DNA of 64,000 nucleotides from an uncultured Alphaproteobacteria bacterium (GCA_963822275.1 CAWGHR010000033.1:25279-89278), one strand, 5' to 3'. Counted from the first letter of the stretch, positions 33,201-45,442 are shown. Program-made: numbers and translations. Notes: generated from the letters alone by a model not told the origin.

Positions 33201-34337
33201 GTCGGTATTATCGCCTGGGCGCGACCCTTCCACATGCCACCGCGGCCGCGCCAATGCTGTATGGCGGAATCGATGGTGAACGCGGCGTAGAATACGCCGA
33301 TCAGCGGCAACGCCACGCCCCAGAGCGGCGAACGGCGATAGAAATGGAGCATCGGCTGGAATGCCAAGGTCATGACCGCCCAGGCCAGCGCTCCCGCTAG
33401 AGCGGCCAAACCGCCCATTGCAAGCCCCGCCAGCGGGATGATGTAAAGCAGCATCATGCCCAACACCGTACCGGCCAAGATCATCGGCGAATAGCCAAGT
33501 TGCGCATAGGCCGAGCGCGACACCATGCGCCTAATATCGGCGATCTTTGGATAGGGACGCAGGCTGACGGCGCGCTCCGTCAAGCCGAGCCAGATCGGGC
33601 CTTGGGCCTTTAGGCGGCGGCCGAGCGCGCAATCGTCGATGATTTCGTTATGGATAGATTCGATACCGCCCGCCCGTACCAACGCGGTACGGTTCACCAG
33701 CATGCAGCCTCCGGCTGCGGCTGCCAGTGCGTTTGCGCGGATCGTTTACCCATCCGAAGGGGTAAAGCATGTCGAAAAAGAAGACAAAGGCGGGGATAAG
33801 AAAGCGCTCCGCAAAACTTTCGCAGCGCAATTTGGCCATTAGCGAGGTCAGAACAAATTTTCCCGATTCCGCGCGCACCACAAGCCGGCGAAGATTATCC
33901 GGGGTATGCGAAATATCGGCGTCGGTGAGCCAAAGATAATCCGGAGCATTTCCCGCATTGGCGCGCGCCACACCTTGGCTGACGGCAAATAGTTTTCCCG
34001 TCCAACCCGGCGGATGTGCCGCCCCGTGCAATATTTCAAGCCGCTCGTTGGTCAGCGCTTGTGCTGCCAAGGCCGTGCCGTCGCTACTTTGATCGTCGAC
34101 CAAGATCACACGGAAACTGCCTGGATAATCCTGCGCCAGCAGACTTCCGATAGAGCGCGCGATCACATCGGCTTCATCGCGCGCCGGAACGACGGCAACA
34201 ACGGAGGGCCAGTTTTGCGGTGGTGGCGCCTCTTCGCGGTCGTCGCGTTCGCGCAGCAGCCAGAAGAAACCGCGGCCGAACAGCAACACCAGCCAAGTCG
34301 CCAAAGATAGAAAAACGATCAAGGAAGCGGCGCTCAT
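33197..34337 (-). CDS. hpnB: Hopene-associated glycosyltransferase GT2 (frameshift ~33730)
   Basis: VVPARDEA, GWTGKL.A, LWLTDADI, IIDDCALG, W.GRGG.WKGR. Confidence 0.9.
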
Positions 34338-35329
34338 GCGAGGTATCTCGACTTGCCGAACCAATCGAGCGCATCGCTGAGGGCCTGCCGATAAGGACGC
34401 GCGGAATATCCCAGCTCGCGTTCGGCCTTCGCCGAAGAGAAGAACATACGATACTTCGCCATTCTCAGCGCATCCGCGGTGATGAAAGGCTCTTTGCCCG
34501 TCAGCCTTGCGACCGCTTCGGCAGCGTAGGCGAGCGGAAAAAGCGGTTTGCGCGGCAATCCGATTTTCGGGGCGCGCCGTCCCGCCAGTTGCGCGATCGC
34601 ACCGACCATATCGCGGAATTCCACATCTTGCCCGCCGAGAATGTAGCTCTCGCCGATGCGGCCCCGTTCCAGAGCAAGAAGATGCCCTGTCGCCACATCG
34701 TCGACATGAACCAAGTTCAAGCCCGTATCGATGAAAGCCGGAATCTTTCCCAAAGCGGCCTCGACGATCACACGGCCGGTCGGGGTTGGCTTGATATCGC
34801 GCGGACCAATAGGGGTCGACGGACTGACGAGAACCGCGGGCAGTCCCTTTTCGGCCACCATGCGTTCGACCAATCGCTCGGCAACGACTTTGCTCCGCTT
34901 ATAGGCACCGATGGCGGTTTTTTCCGTATGGCGCGAAGTTTCATCCGCCGGCGTACCATCATCATGCGGCTTCAACGTCGCCACGCTGCTGGTGTAGATG
35001 ATGCGTTCGACACCGGCCGCCAAGGCCGCTTCCATCACCGCGCGCGCGCCCTCGCGATTGTTTCGCACTATCTCCTCCGGATCGCGCGCCCATAATCGGT
35101 AATCGGCGGCGACGTGAAACACATAGCGCACACCCGCCATCGCTTTGGTCATCGCCGCAGCATCGCGCATATCGGCGGTGACGACCTCCGCCGTGAGCCC
35201 GGAGAGATTGTCGCGCTTGCTGCTCTCGCGCACCGAAAGGCGCAAAGCGAAACCTTTCGCCGCCAAATGACGGGCCAATGCGGAGCCGACAAAACCGGAT
35301 GCGCCGGTCACCAGGACGAGGTCGCTCAT
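34334..35329 (-). CDS. hpnA: Hopanoid-associated sugar epimerase
   Basis: VTGASGFVG, FHVAADYRLW, YTSSVA, YKRSK, PSTPIGPRDIKPTPTG. Confidence 0.94.
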   Translation of the reverse strand: MSDLVLVTGASGFVGSALARHLAAKGFALRLSVRESSKRDNLSGLTAEVVTADMRDAAAMTKAMAGVRYVFHVAADYRLWARDPEEIVRNNREGARAVMEAALAAGVERIIYTSSVATLKPHDDGTPADETSRHTEKTAIGAYKRSKVVAERLVERMVAEKGLPAVLVSPSTPIGPRDIKPTPTGRVIVEAALGKIPAFIDTGLNLVHVDDVATGHLLALERGRIGESYILGGQDVEFRDMVGAIAQLAGRRAPKIGLPRKPLFPLAYAAEAVARLTGKEPFITADALRMAKYRMFFSSAKAERELGYSARPYRQALSDALDWFGKSRYLA

Positions 35330-36307
35330 GACGGCACCGTCTCGTCTTTCTGGCCAAAGGCGCGCTTGCCCTCGACAATTTGCCAGATGAGAAGAATAGG
35401 AACGCCGATCACGATATCGCGCGCCCGTTTCAGCAGTGAGACAGCAAGTCCGATCTCCGGACCCATGCCGAATACCGGCGCCAGTGCCGCATAGCCCGCC
35501 TCTTGCACGCCAACCGCGCCGGGAATGAACACCAGCACGCTGCGCAAGGCCGACAAAAGCGCTTCGATGGCAATAGCGGAGAAGAAACTTACATCGGCAC
35601 CGCAAAGCAGCAACATCACCCAGAGCCAGGCCGCGCTGGCCAGCCAGGCCAGCAAATGAAAGCTGGAACACAACGCCAATTTCCAAGGCTGGCGATAAAG
35701 CGCTTCGATATTGGCCGTAAAGGCCGCGGTTTGTGTCACGGCTTTGGGCAGAAACCGTCCGGTCAATTTTTCCGCAAGCGCCGTGCCGCGCCGTTGCAGC
35801 ACGACGAAGGCTGCGATGGCCGGCACTAGGCAGTGCCGTGCCTAGGATCATGGCGTCGGCGTATGGTGCCAGCGCGGGGGCGGCCCTTAACTGCGCCATG
35901 CCGATGGCCAGTCCCAACACGGTGAAAGCAGCCTGCGCCATAATCTCGGCGGTGATGTCCACCACGGCCGAGGAAAAAGCGATCACGGATGGGATCCCGC
36001 CCAATACGCCGACCCGAGCCCCGATCACCACGCCGCCGATTTGGGTGAAGGGTAACAAATCGCTCGCCGAGTCGCGCAATTGGCGCGAGGCCATGAACAC
36101 CCAGAACGGCGCCAAAGGTCCCACCACGGAACGCCAGGCGAGCGCGAGAAAAAAGATCACCGGCACCGCGGCCAAAAGGATCAGCACGAAGCCGCCCCAA
36201 CCCACTTTCGTCACGGCACCGAACACCGGTGCTATGCCGATATGGACGATCAGAAAAATCGCCAGCGCCAAGCCGGCGAGCAAGGCAAGAACGGCGCCGA
36301 TTCTCAC
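35326..36307 (-). CDS. hpnL: HpnL membrane protein, lysylphosphatidylglycerol synthase TM family (frameshift ~35830)
   Basis: Multi-TM; LLPFTQIGG...GAR, PGA.GVQEAGY, GLA.SLLKRAR. Lies between hpnK and hpnA. Confidence 0.82.
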
Positions 36308-36347
36308 GGAAAACTCCTAGGCGGGCGAAGCGTGTCCCAGGGCGATT

Positions 36348-37202
36348 TTACGTCCATCGCGAGGATGGCACGAAATCGGCGAAAGGTCCCACGCGGAATG
36401 AAGCTTTCCTCGTTAAATCAAGTACTTGCAATGACGTCAAGGCGGCCAGTTCTTCGACATAGAGATACCCAGGCGCCGAGCCCGAATAGAGAGGGCTGGT
36501 TGCCGGGTGCATGTAAATCTCGCTGACTCCTTCGGGCAGATGGGCGATCAGACCCGCCAGAGCGCGTTGTCGTCATCGCGCCCGACCATGCCAGGCCGAA
36601 TATGCGATCCGGCGTGTAGATGCCCGCGGCCGCAAGCCTCCGACGCAAACGGTTCGCCCATATCTCCACGACGGTGCTTCCGCGCGCATTGCGCTCGATC
36701 TGCCGCAAGACATTCACCGGCTCGTAGGGCACGCGCATCGCCTTCATGCCGTAGCGGCGCCCGATCCGCAAGATCAGGCCGGCAATCGTCGGATGCAGAT
36801 GAAAATGTTTGTGGGCGTTGACGTGATCAAGCGCCAAGCCCGTGGCCGCGAAGGCTTTGAATTGGGCTTCGATCTCGGCTGCCAATTGGCGGCGAACATG
36901 CGGCAGGAAAAACATCGCCGCCCCGGCCCGCACCATATTCGTGCGGAAAAAGCCGTCTGAATCGACCAGCGCCGGGATGTCCGAGGCGGCGCAGCGTCGG
37001 CCGCCCCTCGACCAGCACCAGATGCAGTCCGACGCGCAGCTTGCGGCATGGCCTTGGCGCGCTTCACGGCATCTGTCGATGCCGGCCCGCTGACCATCAA
37101 GCTGGCGGCGGTGAGAATCCCTTCGCGATGCGCCAGCTCGACAGCGTCATTGACCTGGCTGGCGGCGCCGAAATCATCCGCGGTGACGATGAGACCCTTC
37201 AA
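36348..37202 (-). CDS. hpnK: Hopanoid-associated YdjC-family deacetylase (frameshifted)
   Basis: LIVTADDFG, GILTAASLMV, LDHVNAHKHFHLHP, FGLAWSGAM, Y.EELAAL. Confidence 0.88.
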
Positions 37203-38626
37203 GAAACGATCATGTCCTCGCGCGTGCGCAGGAACTGGAAGAACTCGACGCCCTCGCGCAAGCGGCGCACCAGCATGTCGCGGGAGGTCAGCATCTCGCC
37301 CACGATTTCGGCGATCTTCGAGGGGCGGAAATAGAACTTCTTGTAGAAATCCTCCACCGAATCGAAAATCTCCGTGTGGCCGAGATGGGGATAATTGAGC
37401 GGCGCGATCTGCGTGCCGTCCTCGGTCAACAGATCGACATCGGAGGCAAACCAGCCGTTCTCTTTCGCCTGCTTGTAGAGGAAGGTGCCCGGATAGGGCG
37501 CCGCCAGCGACACCTGCAGCGTGCGCGGATTGACTTCCTTGGCGAATTGCCAGGGTTTCCTGGATGGTTTCGCGCGTTTCGCCGGGCAGGCCGAGAATGA
37601 AGGTGCCGTGCACGATGATGCCGAGCTCATGGCAATCCTTGGCGAAGCGGCGCGCCACATCGACCAAAAGGCCCTTCTTGATGTTGTGCAGGATCTTCTG
37701 GTTGCCGGATTCATAACCGACCAGCAGCAGGCGCAGTCCGTTCGCTCTTCATCACTTCCAGCGTCTTGCGCGGCACATTCGCCTTGGCGTTGCAGGACCA
37801 CACGACGCCCAGCTTGCCCAGTTCCTTGGCAAGCTCTTCAACGCGATCGTGGTTGTCGGTCAGCGTGTCGTCGTCGAAGAAGATTTCCTTCGCTTCGGGG
37901 AAATTCTTCTGGATGTATTTCACATCCTCGACCACGCGCGCGATCGAATGGTAGCGGTATTTGTGCCCGCCGATGGTTTGCGGCCACAGGCAGAAGGTGC
38001 AATGCGATTTGCAGCCGCGGCCCGGTGTAGTAGGAAATGTAGGGGTGCTTGAGATAGCCGCCGAAATATTTTTGCGTGTCGAGCTGCTTGTAGAGCGGCA
38101 GCACGGACGGCAGCTGATCCATGTCCATCAGGATTTCGCGCTCGGGATTGTGCACGATGGCGCCGTCCTTGTTGCGATAGGACATGCCTTTGATCGTCGA
38201 CCAGTCGCGGCCCTCGGCAAGTTCCTTGATGGTGAATTCGTATTCGTTGCGGGCGACGAAATCGATCGCCGGGCAGGCCTTGAGGCTCTCCTCCGGCTCG
38301 ACCGCGACCTTGGCGCCGATGAACCCGATGATCGCTTTGGGATTGAATTCGCGGATCATGCCCGCGGTCTTGCAGTCGGATTTGAAGGACGGCGTCGAGG
38401 TGTGGATGACGATCAAATCATGCGCCTTCACGTCTTCGACGATGTCCGCGAATTTCAGGCCGTGCGGCGGGGCGTCGATCAGCTTGGAGCCTTCGACCAT
38501 CGCCGCGGCCTGTGCCAGCCAAGTCGGATACCAGAACGATTTGACCTCGCGCTTCATCTGATAGCGCGCGCCGGCCCCGCCGTCATATCCGTCGAAAGAA
38601 GGCGCCTGAAGGAACAAAGACCGCAT
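37199..38626 (-). CDS. hpnJ: Hopanoid biosynthesis radical SAM protein (frameshifted)
   Basis: FLQAPSFDGYDGGAGARYQ..RE.KSFWYPTWLAQ, FFDDDT, WSCNAKANVP, HGTFILGLPGET, QVSLAAPYPGT. Confidence 0.92.
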
Positions 38627-38636
38627 TACCCAAACC

Positions 38637-39781
38637 TCACGATTTCCACAACGCGCCGCTGCGCTCTACCCGCAGGCGTTCGCCTTTCCACTCCACCGAC
38701 CCGCCGAACAGCGATGCCAGAAACACGCCGAAAGATAGCACGTCCCTGACGGGAAGTAGCCATAACGGTCCGCCGTTGCATCCAAAACATTGGTCGATGC
38801 GCCATTTGAGCACGGCGCGGGCGGCCACGGAAGTAACAAGGCTGGCCATGGCAAACAAGGTAAAAGCCGGACAGAATTGCCCCTAACAGCGCTAGGGGAA
38901 TGGCATGGGTGACGATGCTGCCGGCATGGCCGGCGGGATCGACGACGCGGATCGTGCGCGCCCAGCGAAGCTCATGGGCCAGCCATTCCCCAATCGTTTT
39001 TCTCGCTGCAGGTATGGCCGACCGCGAAGCGCGGGAATGGCGACGCGAAGGCCTTTCGCCCGCACGGCGCGGCCGATCTCGTAGTCATCTGCCAGAACGG
39101 ACGCAAAGGACTGAAGCCCGCCAATCTGGTCCAGAACAACACGGTCGAGCGCGATGGTCGAACCGAAACAGGGCTTGGCCAAGCCCAATGAGACGCCCGT
39201 CACCACATTGGGCAGGAAATGATAATCGATCCCCATCGCCGACAGCTGCGCCGCCAAACCGCCAAGGGGCTTGCCCGTATAAAGGCAGGTTACGGCGCCC
39301 ACGCCGGGTTGTGCGAGCGCATCCGCCACACGGCGCAAATAATCGGGCGGCACCGCGATATCGCTATCGCTGAGCACCAACAGATCGTGACGTGCCGACG
39401 GCAGCATGTTGATGAGGTTCGAAACTTTGGCGTTGCTGCCATGCCGCCTGGCGTCGGCGACAAGCTTAATGTCGACACCGGGATAAAGCGCGCGCAACCG
39501 CTCGACGGTGACAACCGCCGTATCGTCGGGATCATGGACACCGCAAACGATTTGGAATGGCGCCGGATAATCTTGAACGCAGAACGTGGCGAGGTTTTCC
39601 AGCAGCCCCGGCTCGTCGCCATACAGCGGCTTAAGAATGGATACAGGCGGATAATCGGCGAGCGGCGGGTATCGCTCGTCGCGCGAAACGGCTCTACGAA
39701 TGCCGCAGACAGGATTGCATAGCACGCGCCGCAAAAAGCGATTGCGCTGACCGCCAAACCCAGAATTGCCAAAACAGACAT
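38637..39781 (-). CDS. hpnI: Bacteriohopanetetrol glucosamine glycosyltransferase (frameshifted)
   Basis: VSILKPLYGDEP, HGSNAKVSNLIN, SDSDIAV..DYL, CFGSTIAL, LADDYEIG. Confidence 0.9.
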
Positions 39782-39864
39782 CCGATGCCCCGGTGCGCCT
39801 TATGCAAAGCGCTGCCGGGATCATGACATCTTTCGGCGGACCATTGAACGCTTGGCCGCGCCGA

Positions 39865-40971
39865 TTATCGGATGACGCGGGCTCCCTTGCCCTTCATGAC
39901 GGCTTCGACTTCTTTGACATTGACCATGGAGGTGTCGCCCGGCGTCGTCATCGCCAGCGCGCCATGGGCCGCGCCGTATTCGACGGCGGCCTGCGGGCCC
40001 TTGCCTTCCAAGAAGCCATAAGCGAGGCCCGAAGCGAAACCGTCGCCGCCGCCCACGCGGTCATAGATCTCCAGATTTTCGCGCATCGGCGCTTCGTAGA
40101 AATTCCCGCCGGCCCAGATCACCGCGCCCCAATCGTTGAACGTCGCCGTCTTGGCGTTGCGCAGCGTGGTCGCCGCCACCTTGAAATTCGGGAACTGCTT
40201 GACGGCGGTTGCGATCATCTTCTTGAAGTTTGCCGGATCGATCTTCGAAATATGCTCGTCGAGGCCTTCCACTTCGAAGCCGAGACAGGCGGTGAAGTCT
40301 TCCTCATTGCCGATCATCACGTCGACATATTCGGCGATCTTGCGGTTGACCTTCTGCGCCCCTTCCTTGCCGCCCTGGCTCTTCCACAGCGAGGCGCGGT
40401 AGTTGAGGTCGTAAGCGACGATCGTGCCGTGTTTGCGCGCGGCCTGCACCGCTTCGATCACCGTTTCCGACGTGTTGGGCGCCAGCGCCGCGAAGATTCC
40501 GCCGGTGTGGAACCAGCGCACGCCTTCTTCGCCGAACAGCTTGTCCCAATTCACCTCGCCCGGCTTGATCTGCGAGGCGGCGGAGTTGGCGCGATCCGAA
40601 CAGCCCAAGGCCGCGCGGATGCCGTAGCCCTTCTCGGTGAAATTCAATCCGACGCGGGTGTTGCGGCCGATGCCGTCGAAGTCCCGCCAGATGATGTGCG
40701 AGGTGTCGACCCCGCCTTGGCAGATGAAATCTTCCACCAGCCAGCCGAGGTCGTTCTGCGGCAGCGCGGTGACGACCGAGGAGCGCTTGCCCCAGCATTT
40801 GCGCATGGCGCGCGCGACGTTGTATTCGCCGCCGCCCTCCCACACCGTGAACTGGCGCGCATTGCGCACGCGGCCGAAGCCCGGATCGAAGCGCAGCATC
40901 ACTTCGCCGAAGGACACGCAATCCCATTTGCAGTCTTTGGCGGCGCGGATTTTCAAGATTTCATCAGCCAT
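39865..40971 (-). CDS. kdgK: 2-keto-3-deoxygluconate kinase, PfkB family
   Basis: FGEVMLR.DPG, GGGEYNVA, WFHTGGIF, YDLNYR.SLW, DRVGGGDGF.SGL. Confidence 0.88.
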   Translation of the reverse strand: MADEILKIRAAKDCKWDCVSFGEVMLRFDPGFGRVRNARQFTVWEGGGEYNVARAMRKCWGKRSSVVTALPQNDLGWLVEDFICQGGVDTSHIIWRDFDGIGRNTRVGLNFTEKGYGIRAALGCSDRANSAASQIKPGEVNWDKLFGEEGVRWFHTGGIFAALAPNTSETVIEAVQAARKHGTIVAYDLNYRASLWKSQGGKEGAQKVNRKIAEYVDVMIGNEEDFTACLGFEVEGLDEHISKIDPANFKKMIATAVKQFPNFKVAATTLRNAKTATFNDWGAVIWAGGNFYEAPMRENLEIYDRVGGGDGFASGLAYGFLEGKGPQAAVEYGAAHGALAMTTPGDTSMVNVKEVEAVMKGKGARVIR

Positions 40972-40973
40972 TT

Positions 40974-41646
40974 TTATTTCCCACGAATTTTCTTGATGAG
41001 AGCGATCGTCTCGGCAACCTTCTTCTCGATGCCTTTGTAATCCTTGGCTTTGAGAAGGTCCGAGGTAATCAGTTTTGACCCGATGCCGGCCGCCACGATA
41101 CCGGCGCCGAACCATTTGGAGAGCGATTCTTCGGTCGGATCGACGCCGCCGGTCGGCATCAGCTTGGTCCAGGGCATCGGTCCAAGGATGTTCTTGACGA
41201 ATTCCGGCCCGCCGACGCAGGAGCCGGGAAATACCTTGACGATCTCGCATCCCAGTTCTTGGGCATAGGAAACTTCGGAGGCGGAGCCGCAGCCCGGGAC
41301 TATAAGGGATCGCGCGCCGGTTGCAGACTTTCGCCACATCGGCGTTAAGGATCGGGCCGACCACAAAGTTGGCGCCATTGGCGATGAAGATGCCGGCGGT
41401 CGGCGCATCCACAACCGAACCCACGCCCATGATCACGCTCTTGTCCGCTTTCGCGAAATGGCGCGTCACATCGAGAAAGACTTGGGAAGCAAAGTCGCCG
41501 CGATTGGTGAACTCGATGCACTTCGCCCCGCCATCGGCGCAGGCCTGAATCACATGGGTGCAGACCTCGACATCGGGATGATAGAAAACCGGAATCACAC
41601 CTTGTTCCATCATCGCGGCCAAGACGGCCAAACGGTCTTTTGCCAT
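40974..41646 (-). CDS. eda: KHG/KDPG aldolase (frameshift ~41297)
   Basis: IPVFYHPD, EFTNRGD, GANFVVGP, PGCGSASE, KVFPG, MPTGGV. Confidence 0.88.
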
Positions 41647-41784
41647 TTTCCCTGCACTCCCTGGTTTTGGCGGAGGCCCGCAATTCAGCAACCTTCCGCC
41701 GGACAAGCAACATCTATTGCGCCGCACGTGTTGTCTAAGACGATGGAGGCCACGGCTTCGAACAATGGATGCGGCAAAATACTG

Positions 41785-41800
41785 ATGACACCGGTGTCAT
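41785..41800. promoter_or_regulatory. LacI-type operator, perfect palindrome upstream of eda-kdgK
   Basis: ATGACACCGGTGTCAT with the central CG typical of LacI sites. Confidence 0.85.
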
Positions 41801-41871
41801 AGACTTTGGGTACACCATCCTCCGCAATCGATCAAGAATGAATCGAGCGCGACACGATCGCGCTGGCGCAA

Positions 41872-41904
41872 GAAAAAGGCGCCGGGGAGGTGATCCCCGG
41901 CGCC
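41872..41904 (-). terminator. Rho-independent terminator of the TonB receptor gene
   Basis: 11-bp stem GGCGCCGGGGA/TCCCCGGCGCC followed by TTTTT on the minus strand, ~35 bp after the stop. Confidence 0.8.
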
Positions 41905-41939
41905 GAGTAAGCAAATCGGAAGAATTACGAGTTACTGAC

Positions 41940-44900
41940 TCAGTAGGTGTACTTCACGCCGAGATAAAATATCCGGCCGGTCTCGTGATACTGATAGGAG
42001 CCGCTGGGCGGTTTTGTCGGCATAGAATGTTGCGTGGCTTGATCGGTCAGGTTCAGCGCATCGAAGGTCACCATGATGTTTTCGCTCAACTTGTAGGAAG
42101 ACGACGCATCCAGGTTGAACGTCGGCCAGCCGAATATGCCCTGGTTGTTGTAGATGGTGAGCGATATTCGAATCGATCAGGAATTAATGGCTGCGGAACG
42201 CCGCCGTCAAACGGGTCTGGAAGACAGTGTCGTCGTAGTAAACCGTCGCGTTATAGCTCGTTGCGCGACATGTTGCTGCAGATCGGCCATCATAGAAGAC
42301 CCTTCGCCAGTTCGAGTCGTAGATAGGTCTGCTGCGCCTGGACGTAGGTGTAGTTCCCAGAAGCCGAAATTGTCGAACGGATGCGGCAGGAAGTCGAGCT
42401 GCTGCTGCCAGTTGATTTCCGTGCCGTACAACGGTGCGCCCTTGACGTCTCCGATGACAGCTGTAGGTCCAAGTCATGATTTGCGCCGCCCTGGCCACTG
42501 GTAGAAGGTTGGTGATGGTGGCCCAGTCGGAGCCAGTTCCGCCGCAAGCCGCGACGAAATGGAGCCGCATCAAAACTGAACGGGTTATTTGCGGCAGTCC
42601 CCGAATTGTCTGATCGTCTGCACGAAGTTGTCGAGGTGCTTCCAGAAGCCGGCGACCGAGATCATCGAGCCTTTCGAATAATACCATTCGAAGGCCAGAT
42701 CGAGGTTCTTCGACCGCATCGGCGGCGTCTAATTTCGGATTGCCGACGCTGGCGGTCGCATTGCTGCCCGATACCGAAACCGAACCGGTCGGCATCATGC
42801 CGTCAAGGTGGGCCGCGTCATCGCATAGCTGGCGCCGAAACGAACCAGGAAGTCTTCCCGCGGCTCGAGGACGGCGTTCAATGCGGGCAGGAAGTCGTGA
42901 TAGACATTATGCCCTTGTACCAAATTATAGTTGGTGGAACTGCCCAGTGAAGCCCAGCCGAGTGGATACCGAGTTCCGTCAGGATGAAGCGCCCACCGAT
43001 GTTTCCGCGGAACGGCATGTCGCCGAAGAATGGGATCACCGTGTCCCAATCGGCCTGCAACCAACCGGCATAATCATCCTCTCTCACGCCGCCTGCGGTC
43101 TTAGTGTAGAGATTCAACGGGAATATTGTCGGATTCCAGATACTCAATACCGAGTTCGCTAAAGCGAAATTGGGCGTGAGCCAAGTCGTTGTCGGGGGCA
43201 ATGTCGACAAGGAAGAACCCGGAACGGCAATTCTCCTAAGCGATACCTCATTCGTATAGGAGGCCACCGGGGCAGACAATTGGGCGGCTGGAATCGTACT
43301 CAGCTCCGTCGCCCCAACGCTCGTCTGGCGGCGATTTTCCGATGTACCGTAGCCGTAATCCCGATAATCGAGACCACCTTCGAATTTGAGAGCCTGGAAC
43401 GGCGAATATTCGAAGTCCGCATTTGCCGTGCGGAAAGAGTTGTAATTGAACTCTTGCCTTTCGCGGATGTTTGCCAGGAACCAGTTGCCAGGCGCCGATG
43501 ATGTCGGATCAAAACTTCCGGTGTTAAGATAGGGAATATTGCCGACGGTATAATCATAGATGTACGGGCTCGCCGTCGTTCCGGCGCCGCCACCGGAACA
43601 TGCGGCTGGGATGGCGGACGTCGCGCTGGTCGCCACGCAGCCATTGTTGAGAACCAGCGTGGTCTGGATCGGATTGCGGTGATGGGATTCCGACCAGCCA
43701 GCCAAGACATGAACTTTGAACACTTCTGAGAAGCTGTGCGTTCCGTCAATGGTCACCTGCTCGAATTTCGTGTCGAGATGATCGAGGCGATGCTCGCTTT
43801 GCATGCCGACATTGCTCGCTTCCACGCTGGTCAGGCTGCTATACGAGGTTCCATTGACCGGATAGCCGGGATCGCCGACTGTGTAGTTGAGCAAATTCAT
43901 GGCACCGACACCAGGCTCCGCCACATACGTTCCGTGGTTCGTATTCGTGTCCACATATTTTTCCACGTCGGTCGACGTGCCGGTCGCACTGAACGACTGC
44001 GCTTCCAACTGATATTCGTTGCGAACTTGATTGAAATCGGCAAACAGGGCGTCCACGGTGAACAGCGTATTATCGTCCGGCTGCCATTGAACAGACCCGG
44101 TGAGGCCCAGACGTTTCTCATGCACCGTGAAGATTTCGTAGCGCGGGAAACGCGAACGGAAATCCAGGCCGACCGTCGCGCAGATGGCGGGTTCGGCCGA
44201 CGTTTTGCACGTCGTACCGCTGACACTGCCGAAGTCCAAACCCGTCGAGCTGACGGTGGTGGAGGCGTTACCGAGATTGTTCTGCCACTTCACCGAGCTG
44301 GTGCCTTCTTCCAACGTGTTTACTGATGCCGTAGGCGCCAGAAAGCAGCACACCGAAATGGCCATTGTCGAACGTATCGGAGACAAGCGCGGCGACACGC
44401 GGATTGCTGCTTTTTGCGAGAGTCCTGATAGCCGTATTGCACCCGACGTAGTGAAAACAAAGCCCGGATGATCGAAGGGATGGCCGGTATGCAGGTCGAC
44501 CGTTGCGCCGAGCGAACCTTCTTCCATCGTGCCGAGTTCGATTTGTGAACCGTCAACGCACTGAAGAGGTCGGATGCGAAAACATTGAAGTCGAAGCCGC
44601 GGCCGCGGTTGGTGCCGCCGGCGCCGCTGACCCGGATTGGAGGTGTCGACGTCCTGCGAACCCACCGTGCGCCATGGCTTCGATGCCGTTGATCAGCACG
44701 CGGGTGAATTGCGCGCCGAGGCCGCGCACGGTGATTTCGCGTCCTTCGCCCGATTCACGCTGTGAGCGCGACGCCCGGAATGCGTTGCAGAGATTCCGAG
44801 ACGTTCATGTCCGGGAATTTCGCGATATCTTCGGCCAGGATCGAGTTCGGACGAGTCGAGCGCGTTGCGCTTCATGTCCAACGCTTTTTCCAAGCTCGCG

Positions 44901-45049
44901 CGGAAGCCGGTGACAACCACCGTTTCCATCTGCTCGCCGGCAGCTTGCGCATAGGCTGCGCCCGTGCCGAAAACCGTCAAAAGCGCGATGACCGACGCTC
45001 CAAGCTTCAACTGCGATGACGCAGCAAGAGTCCGATTTGCCTTCAACAC
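41940..45049 (-). CDS. TonB-dependent receptor, probable pectin/uronide uptake (many apparent frameshifts)
   Basis: Signal peptide, TonB box ETVVVTGFRASL, EEGSLGATVDL, RLGLTGSVQWQP, FLPALN, RFGASYAMTRP. C-terminal GVKYTY*. Confidence 0.85.
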
Positions 45050-45104
45050 TGATACCCTCCCTAGCTGTCATCCCCAGGCGAAAGACCGCCCGTGCCCGTT
45101 TAAG

Positions 45105-45185
45105 ATGACAGCGGTGTTTTAATGTTTCCCCTATGACACCGGTGTCAAATCGGCTATTTCGTCCTCGTCATGACACCGGTAGCAG
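45105..45185. promoter_or_regulatory. Three LacI-type operators upstream of the TonB receptor
   Basis: ATGACAGCGGTGTTTT (45105-45120), ATGACACCGGTGTCAA (45133-45148), ATGACACCGGTAGCAG (45170-45185). Confidence 0.78.
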
Positions 45186-45442
45186 CTAGCATTGTCACGA
45201 ACCCGTGCGCCGTACAATAACAAGGGACATTGCTCGCTGCGATAACAGACGGACCGATGCTTTCACGCAACATAAGTGTTGCAGGCACGTGGTCAGGACA
45301 CACCATAAAATTGTAAATAATATCAATATGTTGTAAGTAATGACGCGCTTGATAACCAAAATACAATTTTTTGCTCAAGGCAACAGCAGCAGGGCCTGCC
45401 CACGGCGCGCAAGAGGATGACGAAATCGCCCTCGAAACGCCA

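Noticed and set aside
34334-36307. 657-aa HpnL-HpnA fusion ORF
   Set aside because: Frameshift near 35830; HpnL ends at 35326, overlapping the hpnA start in the usual ATGA manner.
39865-41727. 620-aa Eda-KdgK fusion ORF
   Set aside because: An indel near 41297 shifts the aldolase frame; its real C-terminus is in ORF 40974-41414, and kdgK has its own start at 40971.
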